Source: Octopus sinensis (lineage: Eukaryota). From it: DNA of 64,000 nucleotides. Positions within the stretch are counted from its first letter, which is position 1, and every line of letters begins with the position of its first letter. Below, piece after piece: positions 52,117 through 64,000 of the stretch. Where the stretch lies: contig NC_043011.1 in the NCBI RefSeq assembly GCF_006345805.1, positions 35,600,464 through 35,664,463 on the forward strand. Direction: 5' to 3'. The notes beneath the pieces were generated by a model that had not been told where the DNA came from, did no database searches, and worked only from the letters and a program-made list of their open reading frames with translations. The position numbers and the translations under genes are program-made.

Positions 52117-53034
52117 TTACTTAGATTGACTCATCTTAAAAAAAATGGTAATATTGAGAAATGTAGTCCAAGATACACTATGTGAAAAAGGCATTGCATC
52201 ATGGCAAGAAAACATTAGATCATAGATCTGTTGGATTGTAGCTAAGCCAAGGATGAACAGCTGAAACAATATGTTGACCTGAAGAGAGAACTATTATCTG
52301 GTTACAACCTTTCTCTCTGTTTGAAGTTTCAAACCAAATCTCTCGGAAAATCTACCCAGTATTTATTAAAATGGTAAGACCTAACTGGGTCGTGTGTATT
52401 ATACTGAATATCTCAAAAAGACAGGATGGCCTTAGATGGACTCTTTTCATGATGGGGTTGCCTGATCAGGACTGAATCAAGTTGATGCTAAACAAGAAGA
52501 TGAATAAGAATATTAAGAAAATGAGGAACATTTCGATAATAATGCTTGCTTACTGATAAAATGTCAATAATAGAAGGTAAAACAATAATTTCCTCCATAT
52601 TTTAGATGTAAGCTGTTTGTTCCTTCTTGAGTCATGCCTAGCTCATAAGGGCCAGTTTCCCGGTGTCCTTGGCATATAGGTTCCCCACCTGGACGAGACA
52701 CTGGTCCGTCACAGGTGAGCTGCAAGATGCAGGAGGAAAGAATTAGAGCAAGTTGTGGCGAAAGTGTCAGCAGAAGTTCACCATTACCTTCTGCCAGAGC
52801 CACATGAAGCTTAGGTGTTTTGCTCATAAAAACACACATCGCCGCCCGGTCTGAGATTCGAACCCAGGATCCCTTGTCCGCGAGTCTGCTGCTCTAACCA
52901 CTAGGCCATGTGCCTCCACTAGATGTAAGTAGAAGGTTGCAAATGGCTGACCCTATACAGTGACGTTCACAATTTACCTCAAGTTTACACAATGCTGCTG
53001 TTCTAATTGGACATTCCTTAAGACATGAAAATAT

Positions 53035-53077
<43 letters not shown>

Positions 53078-53429
53078 TGTCCATAAACTAGTGATATGCT
53101 CTTAGTAAAACTCTCGTAATTTCTTTTACTGTTAAACTCATGTCTCTTTTGCCTCTCTGTGTGTATGTGAGTGGTGTATATGTGTAGCATGTGTGGTATA
53201 CGTGTGTATGTGTATGTGTATGTGTATATAAATTTACTCTTGATCATTAAATTACCTTCGTTATCAAATACCTGCTTCATTTATGCCAATGTCTATGTTT
53301 AATACGATAGTGTTATGCACAGTAGTGAGGTATCTAGGTGTGACAACTCCACTGGCAATCAGCAAACAATTTCGGTTGCTTTTAGGTGCTGACTGGCAAC
53401 AAGCATCCTCAGCATCACCTTTACCATAA

Positions 53430-53732
53430 TCTTTTCTTCCCATGTGCAGAATTTTAGCAATGCCACCATTAATATCAGCATGATGAAAGATAGATGAGGA
53501 GAGATTGATGAAATGCTGGAGATGCAGCATGTAGATGTGAGCTGTGTACAATAGATGAGATGGAGGGAACCTTATTTAGAGAATTTGCCAGCATGGAACA
53601 AAGGTACAAACTCTTCTGGGTAGGTGGGCTAGGTATAATCTTTGCAGGAAATAGACAGAGTGAGGTAGAGTTTATGACAGAACAAAATAACTAAACTTGG
53701 ACTGATAATTAGGCAATATAACATCAACAGTG
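53430..53732 (+). pseudogene. Degenerate RTE-clade APE endonuclease N-terminal fragment
   Basis: Approximate translation INISMMKDR*GEIDEMLEMQHVDVSCVQ*MRWR..RYKLFW..GIIFA. Confidence 0.65.
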
Positions 53733-54086
53733 ATTCTATATTTGAGAGATGAGGAATTATGTACATTATTTACATTATTTACATTTGACAGATGTTTGTC
53801 CTCATATGGCATAGTGGTTAAGTGCACGGGCTACTAACCCCAAGATTCCGAGTTCGATTCCAGGCAGTGACCTGAATAATAATAACAATAATAATAACAT
53901 CGAAAAATACCTTAGGAATGAGAACCCAAGTTCAAAATTTCCCCAAGACACCTGATGAAGACTGGAGGGTATATCAGCCGAAACGTTGTGTTAACAACAA
54001 ACAAGATGAGGATAAATATCCGTCAAATGTAAATAATGTAAATAATGTAAATATGTACATAATTCGTCATCTCTTAAATATAGAAT
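53733..54086 (+). mobile_element. Non-autonomous element: inverted 3' arm + tRNA-like Pol III head + hammerhead + PLE-like end
   Basis: 53733-53805 is the reverse complement of ~54005-54086; A box tggcatagtgg at 53807, B box gagttcgattcc at 53850; hammerhead at 53947-53992. Confidence 0.75.
53947..53992 (+). ncRNA. Minimal type I hammerhead ribozyme motif (second copy near 58218-58263, minus strand)
   Basis: gacac-CTGATGA-a-gactg/10-nt loop/cagcc-GAAAC-GTT-gtgtt; the second copy has a perfect ggctg/cagcc stem II. Confidence 0.8.
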
Positions 54087-56177
54087 TGTAGAATGATGAT
54101 ATTATTACATCCCTGGAACAAGTATTTAAATGACTTTAGTTCTACTGGGTCTGTTGATATGGCTGTGGTTTGCTGTATGTTGCAATAACAATAAAGATCA
54201 AAGAAGGCTGGTTGGGGAAAGCTGTGTGTGACAGGCTGGATTTCTGGTTCATTGACGATGGTCCAAAGAGATCTGGTGTGTGGCCAATGGCTGCTGCCAA
54301 AGACCTAGTGAAACAGAATACAAGGGTTTTTATAACCTTGGATAGGCTCCAGGGGTAAAGTGGTCTTTCCTGCATTGAAAGCAAACTGTTGCAAACACAC
54401 AACTGGACAGTTAGTGACCGACCAATACATGTGTAGAGTACTCTAAGTGAAATTCTTCTCTCTCTGTCATATATACACAAATACGGACGTGGTAGATAAC
54501 AGCTAGCCTTTGGTTGCTCTTTTGGACCCTGTTGTGTCCACTACTCTGATTGGTTAGTATTGCCGCAGTTTGTCTCTTGCTCTATTGTGCACCAATATGC
54601 AACCCAACCAATCGCAGCCTTCTGATAAGATCATGTGAGAAAGTCTCTTCCAAACTTCCGGTGAGCCGATAGCTTAGGATAAAATGCTAGCTTTACACCA
54701 TCTTTCATCTTTCGTCTTTCGGTTCTAGATCTTTTGATGTCTAACCACTGACCACAGAGCACACAGCCAGTTCCAGTGACAACACAACAGCAGCCACATG
54801 GAGACTCAACTTCGTCCAGCAGCATTCAGGGCGTCCATCTCTGTCGCCTCTGTCTTCTTAACATCCTTAACAACATCTCTCTACATACACAGCAACCAGC
54901 AACCCTCACACAGGTCCTATCTCAACACTGTTTGTGAATTACTTCACCATGGTTAACAGCAAACACAACCTGTGAGAACCTCCTGTACCAAGTAACCGGC
55001 TCTGCATAGTAGCCACAGCTTAATGCACGACACGTGCCTCAACTTCTTGATACAGCACTTCATCTATCGTGTACCTTGACTACAAACTGGTATTTATCAT
55101 CCTTGTGTCTGAACATTCTTCTAACGTCATATTATAGACTCTTTCAATGCTCTGTACTTATTGTACACGCATACATCCATGTTTCTACATACACATTATG
55201 TATACATGACGCACATACTGACACACATGTTAACCTATCAATAAAATCTTTTCTTAAACATTCTACTCGGTTGTGTCTCTCTTTTCCTTCTGGCACTTAT
55301 ACGCATTTATCCTTTTCATATTTATTGTATCAACTGTGCAATGTACTAAAGGAGCCATTCTCGTCACCTGTCCTTTGCACAGTCGTTTACAAAACAGGCA
55401 ACTAGTTTGGCAAGCCACTGGATCATGTGATTCAATGGAAAGAAAAGGTCTGGTGAGACCATTCTGTTGTATTTAAGCTTAAACAAACAAACATAATAAA
55501 AACATTATACACTTCTGCATGGAAACGAAAAACTCCTCAGACAAACAGACATCGAATGAAGTGCATGATGGGAAAGATGATAGAAAATTCTGCCAATTAG
55601 GAATTATTTAAACCAACCTTCTGTAATCTATAGACTAAATCCAAGAATGGAACAATGTTCCAGCCAGGTGGAGTGTGGCATTGTGGAGAAAAGGTACAGT
55701 TAATTGAGCTCTAATAGCTAAGAGACAGGTTTGGAAAGAATGGAAACTGAGGTGAACCATGAACGGTACCCAGTAACAAAATGAGAAGAGAGACGTCAGT
55801 TATTCTTAACAAGGAGAGAAACTGAATGTAAGAGGCCTACCTACGTTTTCTACAGTGAAACTCAGTGTGTTGAGTGTTCTAGATTGTGATGCAATGTGTA
55901 CAGAATCGTAGCCATGCATTCATCCACACTAATGTCAAAAAGAAAAATGCATGGAAAGGCAATATAAACATTTACAAATAAAGCTAGAGATGCATACGCA
56001 CACACACATGCATAGGTGCTGGAATGGCTGTGTGGTAAGGAGCTTGCTTTCCAACCACATGGTTCCAGGTTCAGTCCCACTGTATGGCATCTTGTGCAAG
56101 TGTCTTCTTCTATAGTTTTTGGCTGACCAAAGCCTTGTGAGTGGATTTCGTAGATGGAAACTGAAAGAAGCCCATCG

Positions 56178-56213
<36 letters not shown>

Positions 56214-56386
56214 CATGCATGTGCGTATGTATGTATTTGTGTGTCTGTGTCTATGAGCCCCGTAACTTAGCAGTTTGACAACAGAAACCGATAAGTACTA
56301 GGCTGACAAAAAATAACCTCTGTGGTACATTTGATCCACTAAAGATGGTGCTCCAGCATGGCTACAGTCAAATGACTGAAACAAGT

Positions 56387-56423
<37 letters not shown>

Positions 56424-56691
56424 GGGGGGGGAAGAAGATTCTAGTCCAAGTAGACTCAATGGATGAGTTTGCTATTGAAGATGGCAGGGACTAGGGCTGA
56501 AGGGGTTATTAAGGATATAAAGGAAGGGAAATGACTGGGGTGTCAGGGGCAGTTACTAGGATGCTGGAAGCATCTGGCACTTAGGACAGACTCTGGTCAC
56601 TCACATATAGCACAGGGAAGGCAGTAACATTGAGTCTAGGACATTTACCTCTCCCTAAGGAAACTAACCACCTGCCCCCACAAGGCCAATT

Positions 56692-57107
56692 GGATCTTTT
56701 CAGTTTGAACAGCAGTTTTTTCTAGCGGTGTCATATGAAATTGTCACCCATAATTATGACCTTAGTATCGATCTATTGCATTTCAATCTGTTTTAGGGTT
56801 AAGGTTAGGGGTGGGGGGAAGGGTATCTTTTTTTCTTCAGAAATGTAAATAAACCCAATCTGTTTCTTAAACAAGGGACATATTCATACGGCACAGAATG
56901 ATTTTTACCTCAATAGATGTCATTGATTTTTGAAATTGCAGAAATTGAAGAAAAAAAACAACAAGTATCTTACAAACTATAGAATTTTCTCTATAAAGCC
57001 AAGGGAAAAAGATGTTTTATAAACACAATCTACCAGTATACGAAGTTTAAAAGTGTTTAGTTACGTGGAAATTATTTTAAAACCTGCCGTTCAAACCGAA
57101 AAGATCC
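56692..57107. mobile_element. MITE with GG..CC termini and perfect 8-bp TSD (Merlin-like; tentative)
   Basis: TIR GGATCTTTTCAGTTTGAACAGCAG / CTGCCGTTCAAACCGAAAAGATCC; TSD ggccaatt at 56684-56691 and 57108-57115. Confidence 0.85.
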
Positions 57108-58169
57108 GGCCAATTACCTCTGAGGACCACAAATGATGATTTAAAACTTTTTAATTTATTGGAGAGGGGGTAATTAACCAAGGGAGGTAACTGTCCTAAG
57201 AAGTAGTTGCCACCAGTGGTGGTGGTGGGAATTTTCGGGGTAGGTAATTGTCCTGATATGGTATCATCATCAACAGCTGCAATGCTAAACGAGATATAAC
57301 AGAAAGCAAATATAATGGTTGGAATGATGACCTAACTTTATTGATCGGGGTAACAATTAATGCTATATAAACTATCTCTATAACCTTTCTAAGTCTGCAC
57401 TCACATGATGTGTATTTATAGGTAATTTTATTCCATTGCAGTTTAGCAATTTCTATTTTCACATCATACATTAACTGCCAATCTATATATCTCCTTTGAT
57501 TAAAAACTTTCAGACAGATCTTTTAAAAAGGAAATACCTCAGTTCAGATTTAGCCAAGATAATTGTATCAATATAAGAATAGGATATCTGAAGACAATCA
57601 GATATTGAACCAATCAAAATGTAGCACTGAAGGCAAGGAGTATGAAAAGTAAGGTTAATTGCCCGGAAAATTTAAATTATTACCACAATAACTCTTCCCA
57701 ATTAAATTTAGACATATCATTTAATTCACATTTGCTCAGTTCACTTTCAGCTTTCGCTAGGTACATATCACTAATATATAATTATATAATTTATGGCTGT
57801 ATAATTAATTAGTCTTCATTACTTTGAATGCTACTATAGCATCTAGAAACCAGGCAAATAACACATATTTTACACACATTTTATTTCATTCGAAACACTC
57901 TCACACACATGTGTATATAGTATATATACACATAAGGGGATCATTAGTTTTGAGGGTGAGTGTTCAGTTGTTCAATCAATCTTTTCATTAATTTGGTACG
58001 AGCTGAGTATTCCACAGTCATTTATACTCTTAATTAATGTTCTCTAATTTTTTGCTGTAGGGGTACTCATAAATTCGATTGTGTGCAAACTTTTTTTTTT
58101 CTCAAGTATGTTTGCATCTGCGTGAGTAACTATTTTCAATTAAAACAATTTCAGTGTCTTTTTGAAAGT

Positions 58170-58348
58170 ACATTATTTACATTCGATGGATATTTGTCCT
58201 CATCTTGTTTGTTGTTAACACAACATTTCGGCTGATATACCCTCCAGCCATCATCAGGTGTCTTGGAGAAATTTCGAACCGTCAATTGTAAATAATATAA
58301 ATAATGTAAATAATGTACATAATTCCTCATCTCTTAAATATAGAACTG
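58170..58348 (-). mobile_element. 5'-truncated copy of the 53733 element with inverted 3' arm
   Basis: Same hammerhead and terminus; breakpoint at gaaatttcgaacc followed by a forward copy of the 3' end. Confidence 0.8.
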
Positions 58349-60289
58349 TCTTTTTGAAAGATTTGTGTGCAAAATTTCTTTTCTTTGTGTGTTTGTTATA
58401 AAATAAAATGTGTGTGCATATGCACAGGCACACAACTCAGAAGGAACCTGGCCCTTAATTTAATCCTCAGGGAGAAACAGCATGACACAAGATTATAAGG
58501 CTGTTGTGTTTTGAGAGGGATATTCTGTTATTCTGCTACTTGTTTTACTCATTAGATTTTGACCATTCTGGAGCATCACCATAAAGGGTTTTAGTCGAAC
58601 AAATTGACCCCAGGTTTTATTCTTTGTCAGCCTAGTACTTATTCTGTTGGTCTCTCTTGCTGAACCACTAAGTTACAGGGACAAGAACACACCAACACCG
58701 GTTGTAAAGTGGTGATGATAAGGGGGGGGGGGTAATAAACACAGACACAAATACACACACATAGATACATACATACATACATACACACAAACACACACAC
58801 ACACACACATATATGATGGGTTTCTTTCAGTTTCCATCTGCCAAATCCACTCACAAGGCTTTGGTCAGCCCAAGGCTCTAGTAGAAGAAACTTGCCCAAG
58901 GTGCCATACAGTGGGACTGAACCTGGAACCATGTGGTTGAAAAGCAAGCTTTTTACCACACAGTTGCAGTCATACCAATATATTAGACTGCTTCTGAACA
59001 TTTTACATCAGTTATGGGGAAACTGTGGCCCTGCAGGCAGCGTGCGGCCCACTGGACTTCCTTTTAGTAATCACAGCTCACCTGATGCCTCATCTGGCCC
59101 ACTTCTCAGGAAAAGTTGTCTATGTCTAATCTACATCCAATTTCAGTCATCTATACTTGAGTTAGCCTGAGGCTATGGTGACACACACCATACAACACAG
59201 GACAATGAGAGAAGGACTATGTTGTAATGGATTCAGATTTCTTTATTTAATCAATGATTAAACAACTGGATTTTATGCATGCACACACATCTACACACAC
59301 TTCTAAATAAAAAAAAAAGAAAAGAAATTCTACTAGAGAAATTAAGTTTGGAAGGGTTACATTTGGTGGTTTCTGTGAATGGGTTTTGACCAAAAAATTT
59401 TAATATTCTAGTTTTTTTTTTCTTTTTGTGACACATAATCAGGTATTATCTCCTAGCTTCGAGATTTCAATAATACGATTGTTTATATTTAGAATGACAT
59501 TGTAGGATAGGAATGTGAGGCTGTATCTGGTCAGTTTGCACATGAAACAGATAGAATATTTGTGTCTGATATGACCAGTTTAAATGCTAAAGTGTTAAAC
59601 ACCCACAAGAAGGAGATTTGTTTTTCCTTTAACGGCAACTGCTTGGATAACCCCAAGTTTTTGAATCATTATATTACATAAGTACAACTACAGTATTTGT
59701 ATTTAGTATGCAAAATGTTTCTTGGAAGTACTTTCTCTGTCATATTAATCATACTCTAGACAATGAAAACAATAATACAAACAAAACACCCAGGTCACAT
59801 AATACATTTATTGACACAAAAACACAAGAAATAAAAAGAGAGTAAAAAACAGACGTAAAGTCCAAGTGTTTTATGTATTCTCATTACAGGAAACAGCCAT
59901 CCTTGGGCATTTTTATATCGTATTTAGCATGGTATTATTTGGAGATAACCATTTGACTTTAAGACCCATATATTATATTTTCTCTAATTGAAACTGTTAC
60001 TCATACTTGAACACGACTGTGAGAATTGTATAAATGACAGCATGGCTTACTGAAGACTGCAGGAATGGAAGATAAGATTATGGTAATGTTACAAATGCGT
60101 GACAGAGTAGCATAGAGGACATCATGAATGCAAGACATCTACTATTGGGGTAGTGTAGTAGATGTAACTGAAAAACTATGGGACATAACTGGTATTTGCG
60201 GAGTTGGAAATGATTGCAGTGGTAGTATCAGAAAGGAAATTACTGATCAGCTGATTAATTATTCATTAATATATGTTTTAATTAATAAA

Positions 60290-60730
60290 GTGGTGATCTA
60301 GTAGAACTGTTAGCATGCCAGATAAAATGCTTAGCGGCATTTTGTCCATCATTATGTTCTGAGTTCAAATTTGCTTCTACCCTAGGCACAAGGCCTGAAA
60401 TTTTTAGAGAGGGGGCCAGTCGATTAGATCGACCTCAGTACACAACTGGTACTTAATTTATCGAACCCAAAAGGATAAAAGGCAATGTTGACCTCGGCAG
60501 AATTTGAACTCAGAATGTAAAGATAGACGAAATACCATGAAACATTTCGCCCGGCACGATAATGTTTCTGCCAAGCTCACCACCTTGTTCTGAGTTCAAA
60601 TTCTGCCGAAGCCAACTTTGCTTTTCATCCTTTTGAGGTCAAATAAGTACCATTTGTGCACTGGAGTGAATGTAACTGACTTAACCCCTTGCCTCAAAAT
60701 TGCTGACTTTTTGCCAAAATTCGAAGTCAA
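60290..60730. mobile_element. Nested, opposite-orientation SINE family A fragments (tails 2 and 3)
   Basis: Head and core on both strands; tail 3 aaaattgctgactttttgccaaaattcgaagtc. Confidence 0.7.
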
Positions 60731-61154
60731 TATATATATTCTCATCTTGGCTTAATGGTTAGGGCATTCAAGTCATGATTGTAAGATACAAGTGGCATGT
60801 TGCATCCTTGAGCAAGACGCTTTATTTCTCATTCCCCCAGTTCAGTCACTTGGTAAAAATAAGTCATACCTGTAATTGAAAGAGCCAGTCTTGTCCTGCT
60901 CTGTGTCATACTGAATCTTCCTGAGAACTACATTAACACAGTACACCTGTCTGGAGAGTGCTCATGATTAATTTCATGAGCAGCAGCTGTTCTGTGGATC
61001 AGATCAGCTGGAACACTCATCATTATAATTGATGAAGAGTTAGGCCTGCCCCATTAAGAATGAATAGCAGTTGGACATGGGAGGTAACTATAAAAAGGAG
61101 TCAGAGAAAAAAAGGGAAAGAAGTGAGTGCCTTTATATGTATGTGTGTGTGTGT

Positions 61155-61872
61155 TCATGTGTGCATGTGTGTATCATCATCATCATCATCATCGTTTAGC
61201 GTCCGTTTTCCATGCTAGCATGGGTTGGACGGTTCTACTGGGGTCTGTGAAGCCAGAAGGCTTCATCAGGGCCAGTCAAATCTGGCAGTGTTTCTACGGC
61301 TGGATGCCCTTCCTAACGCCAACTACTCCGTGAGTGTAGTGGGTGCTTTTTACGTGCCACCCGCACAGGTGCCAGACAGAACTGGCAAACGGCCACGAAC
61401 GGATGGTGCTTTTTATGTGCCACCGGCACAAGGGCCAGGCGAGGCTGGCAACGGATATGAAACGGGGCGGTGCTGGCAACGGTCGCGAAACGGAAGGTTC
61501 TCTTACATGCCACCGGCACTGGTAACACATCTGCAATTTCCATTGATCGATTTCCATTCTGATCCTCACTTGCCTCAACGGGTCTTCACAAGTAGAGTTT
61601 CGACATGCCACCAGCACTGGTAACACATCTGCAATTTCCATTGATCGATTTCGATTCTGATCCTCACTTGCCTCAACAGGTCTTCACAAGTAGAGTTGAT
61701 CCTCACTTGCCTCAACAGGTCTTCACAAGTAGAGTTTTGTGTCCCAAGAAGGGAAGGTATGCATACGTAGGCTGGCTCCATCCCAAGTAGAAGGCCACGG
61801 GTTATGGACTCACTTGTCCTGCCGGGTCTTCTCGCGCACAGCACACTTCCAGAGGACTCGGTCTCTAGTCGT
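61155..61872 (-). mobile_element. 5'-truncated RTE LINE 3' end with local duplications
   Basis: Minus strand TRDRVLWKCAVREKTRQDK*, UTR, (GAT)n tail. Confidence 0.85.
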
Positions 61873-63444
61873 GACTGAATAAAATCCTCTCTCTCTCTTG
61901 CTCTCTCTCAAACACAGAGAACAGATGGAAGAAATAAAAATGCCCCTTATTAGCTGTTCATCTATCGAAAACTGCAGTTTTGGCTTCTGAGGACAGAATC
62001 ACTCGGCAATGAGATATCAACAAACATCAGACACAACTGATTATGACTGATATAGCAGAGATGATATAGATCAATCACGAAAAGTTGTATAGGTAAGTCT
62101 TAGCGAAGTCACAAAAGACATACATAAGTATATGGTTATGCCTCAGTGACTAGGAGCAAAAAAGAAAAATAATGTTTTTAATGATTAAAATAAGATGAAT
62201 GAAGACAATACAAGACAATAGAGAAATGTACTATACAAGAAAAGAAAGGAAATGTAGTATTAGTGTTTGCTTAAACTGTTGTTCTTGAGCAAATGGGAAG
62301 AATAGCAGAAAGTTGGGAAACTGATGTGTTTGCTTTATATTCTCTAGATTAGTGGTTCAACAAATAGTGATCAATGAAATAAGCACAAAACTAAAAAAAT
62401 ATACCTTGGTCAATATGACCAATTAAAACACTATTGAAGGCAGTGTCCCAGTATGACCACAGCCTAATGGTAGAAGCTAGCAAAAGTAAAAAAGGGTACA
62501 CGATGAGATGATTTGTGCTAGAAAGTTCAGTCCCTCCAACAACTAAAGTCAAAGTGACAGATCAAACTTCTGATGAGAGAAACGATTATTTTTTCATCTG
62601 TTTTATGTAACACAATCTACAGACAATGCTCTATGATTACTGATGATTCTGGTGAAGGTTTATATAAAGAAAAATAATACAGAACACTAAGAAATAACAA
62701 AAAAAAAGAAGAGAAAAATAAAAGAATAAGTTGATAATAGCAGGATTTTGACTTAGAATAGAATTGGCTTATTATAAATAATGCATGGCATTTAGCCCAG
62801 TGTGATATCATTTTATCACACTTCACTCAATAAATATTATCATTTATTCAACTTTTGTGGCAGTATTAAAGAGAAAGGTTTGCCATCTTTTAACCCTTTA
62901 GTTTGGACTTAGTTCCAAAGTCAATCTGTTGCCAGTTAAGTAAATGTAATTTGATATTCAGCTATCTTCTCTGCAAAGCAAATGAAAATCTGATTAACTT
63001 ATTTCGTTTTATACACATAAGGGAAAAAAAAATAATAGATGTTGTAAACAGAAACATATACACATTAACGCAAATATATTTATGTATTCGTATGCATACA
63101 CACACACACATATATTAATATACGTGTATGCACATCTGTGTGTGTATGTGCATAAATATATACATACATACATACTTACATAGATACATACCTATATACA
63201 TATGTATATATGTATATATGTATATATATGTATGTATATTTATAGCTAGATAGAAAGATATAAATAGATAGATATAGATATATATACACATACACACATA
63301 CATGAATATAAATATATACATAGACATATATATAGCTGGAAAAAGAAAGATTAAAAACAATACTTATACATGTATAAAACTGAAATAATGAAACATATAC
63401 ATACATACAAGCATAATATATGCATGCGGGTATGTATGTGTGTG

Positions 63445-63482
<38 letters not shown>

Positions 63483-63824
63483 TGTATGAGTGACTTCATC
63501 TTTATGTATGTATATGATGTATATTACATTATTGTAATAACAAACACTAACGTCAGCAGAAACAATTATTGCAATAAGCTTCGTTCCTATAAGAAAAATT
63601 ATAAAAAAAACAAAACAACAGCAAAAAAACTAAAAAGCACCATTTTACAGTGCAATAAAAAACAAAAATATTACGAGGAACATAATTGTAATGCATACAT
63701 ATTTGTTTTTATGAACTCAGAGTCTATGAAGGGAAATAACATTTCAATACAATATACATATTTACAGCATCAATGTAAAATAATTAGAGTCACTGAGACT
63801 GTTTTTTTTAATTTCTAATCTATA

Positions 63825-63855
<31 letters not shown>

Positions 63856-64000
63856 GCACACACATCCCATACATGCACATGCACACACGCACACATGAAC
63901 CATCTTTTATATTTACTATGGTTTTTAACATTATCATTTCAACATTGTGTTCTTCCATAATTATGCATTCCTCTGAGTATTTGATCTGTTCTGTTTGTCT

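Noticed and set aside
53806-53872. Functional tRNA gene
   Set aside because: The 5' acceptor strand is missing, the T-stem is mismatched, the ACT anticodon is atypical, and it is embedded in a repeat.

Overview
AT-rich, microsatellite-dense animal genomic DNA made almost entirely of transposon remnants. The repeat landscape suggests an octopod cephalopod (inference, not a database result). No multi-exon host gene can be supported. The dominant feature is a full-length, CpG-rich L1/Tx1-clade LINE (~15320-20445, +). Its ORF2 is intact (1175 aa; APE + RT + CCHC). Its ORF1 (RRM-like + zinc knuckle) is broken only by three single-A excesses in A homopolymers. The LINE lies inside an older Penelope-like element (PLE) with inverted arms. 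Its last ~35-60 nt match the 3' tail of an abundant tRNA-derived SINE in the same window, suggesting a LINE-SINE partner pair. One SINE copy is fused behind a 28S rRNA fragment plus A11 inside a single 11-bp target-site duplication (TSD). The window also holds at least 9 minimal hammerhead-ribozyme motifs in PLE-like ends (4 with a CCGA core variant), a tRNA-head + hammerhead mini-element, RTE 3' ends, two Tc1/mariner-superfamily pseudogenes, several MITE types, and a minisatellite built from an amplified hAT terminus.
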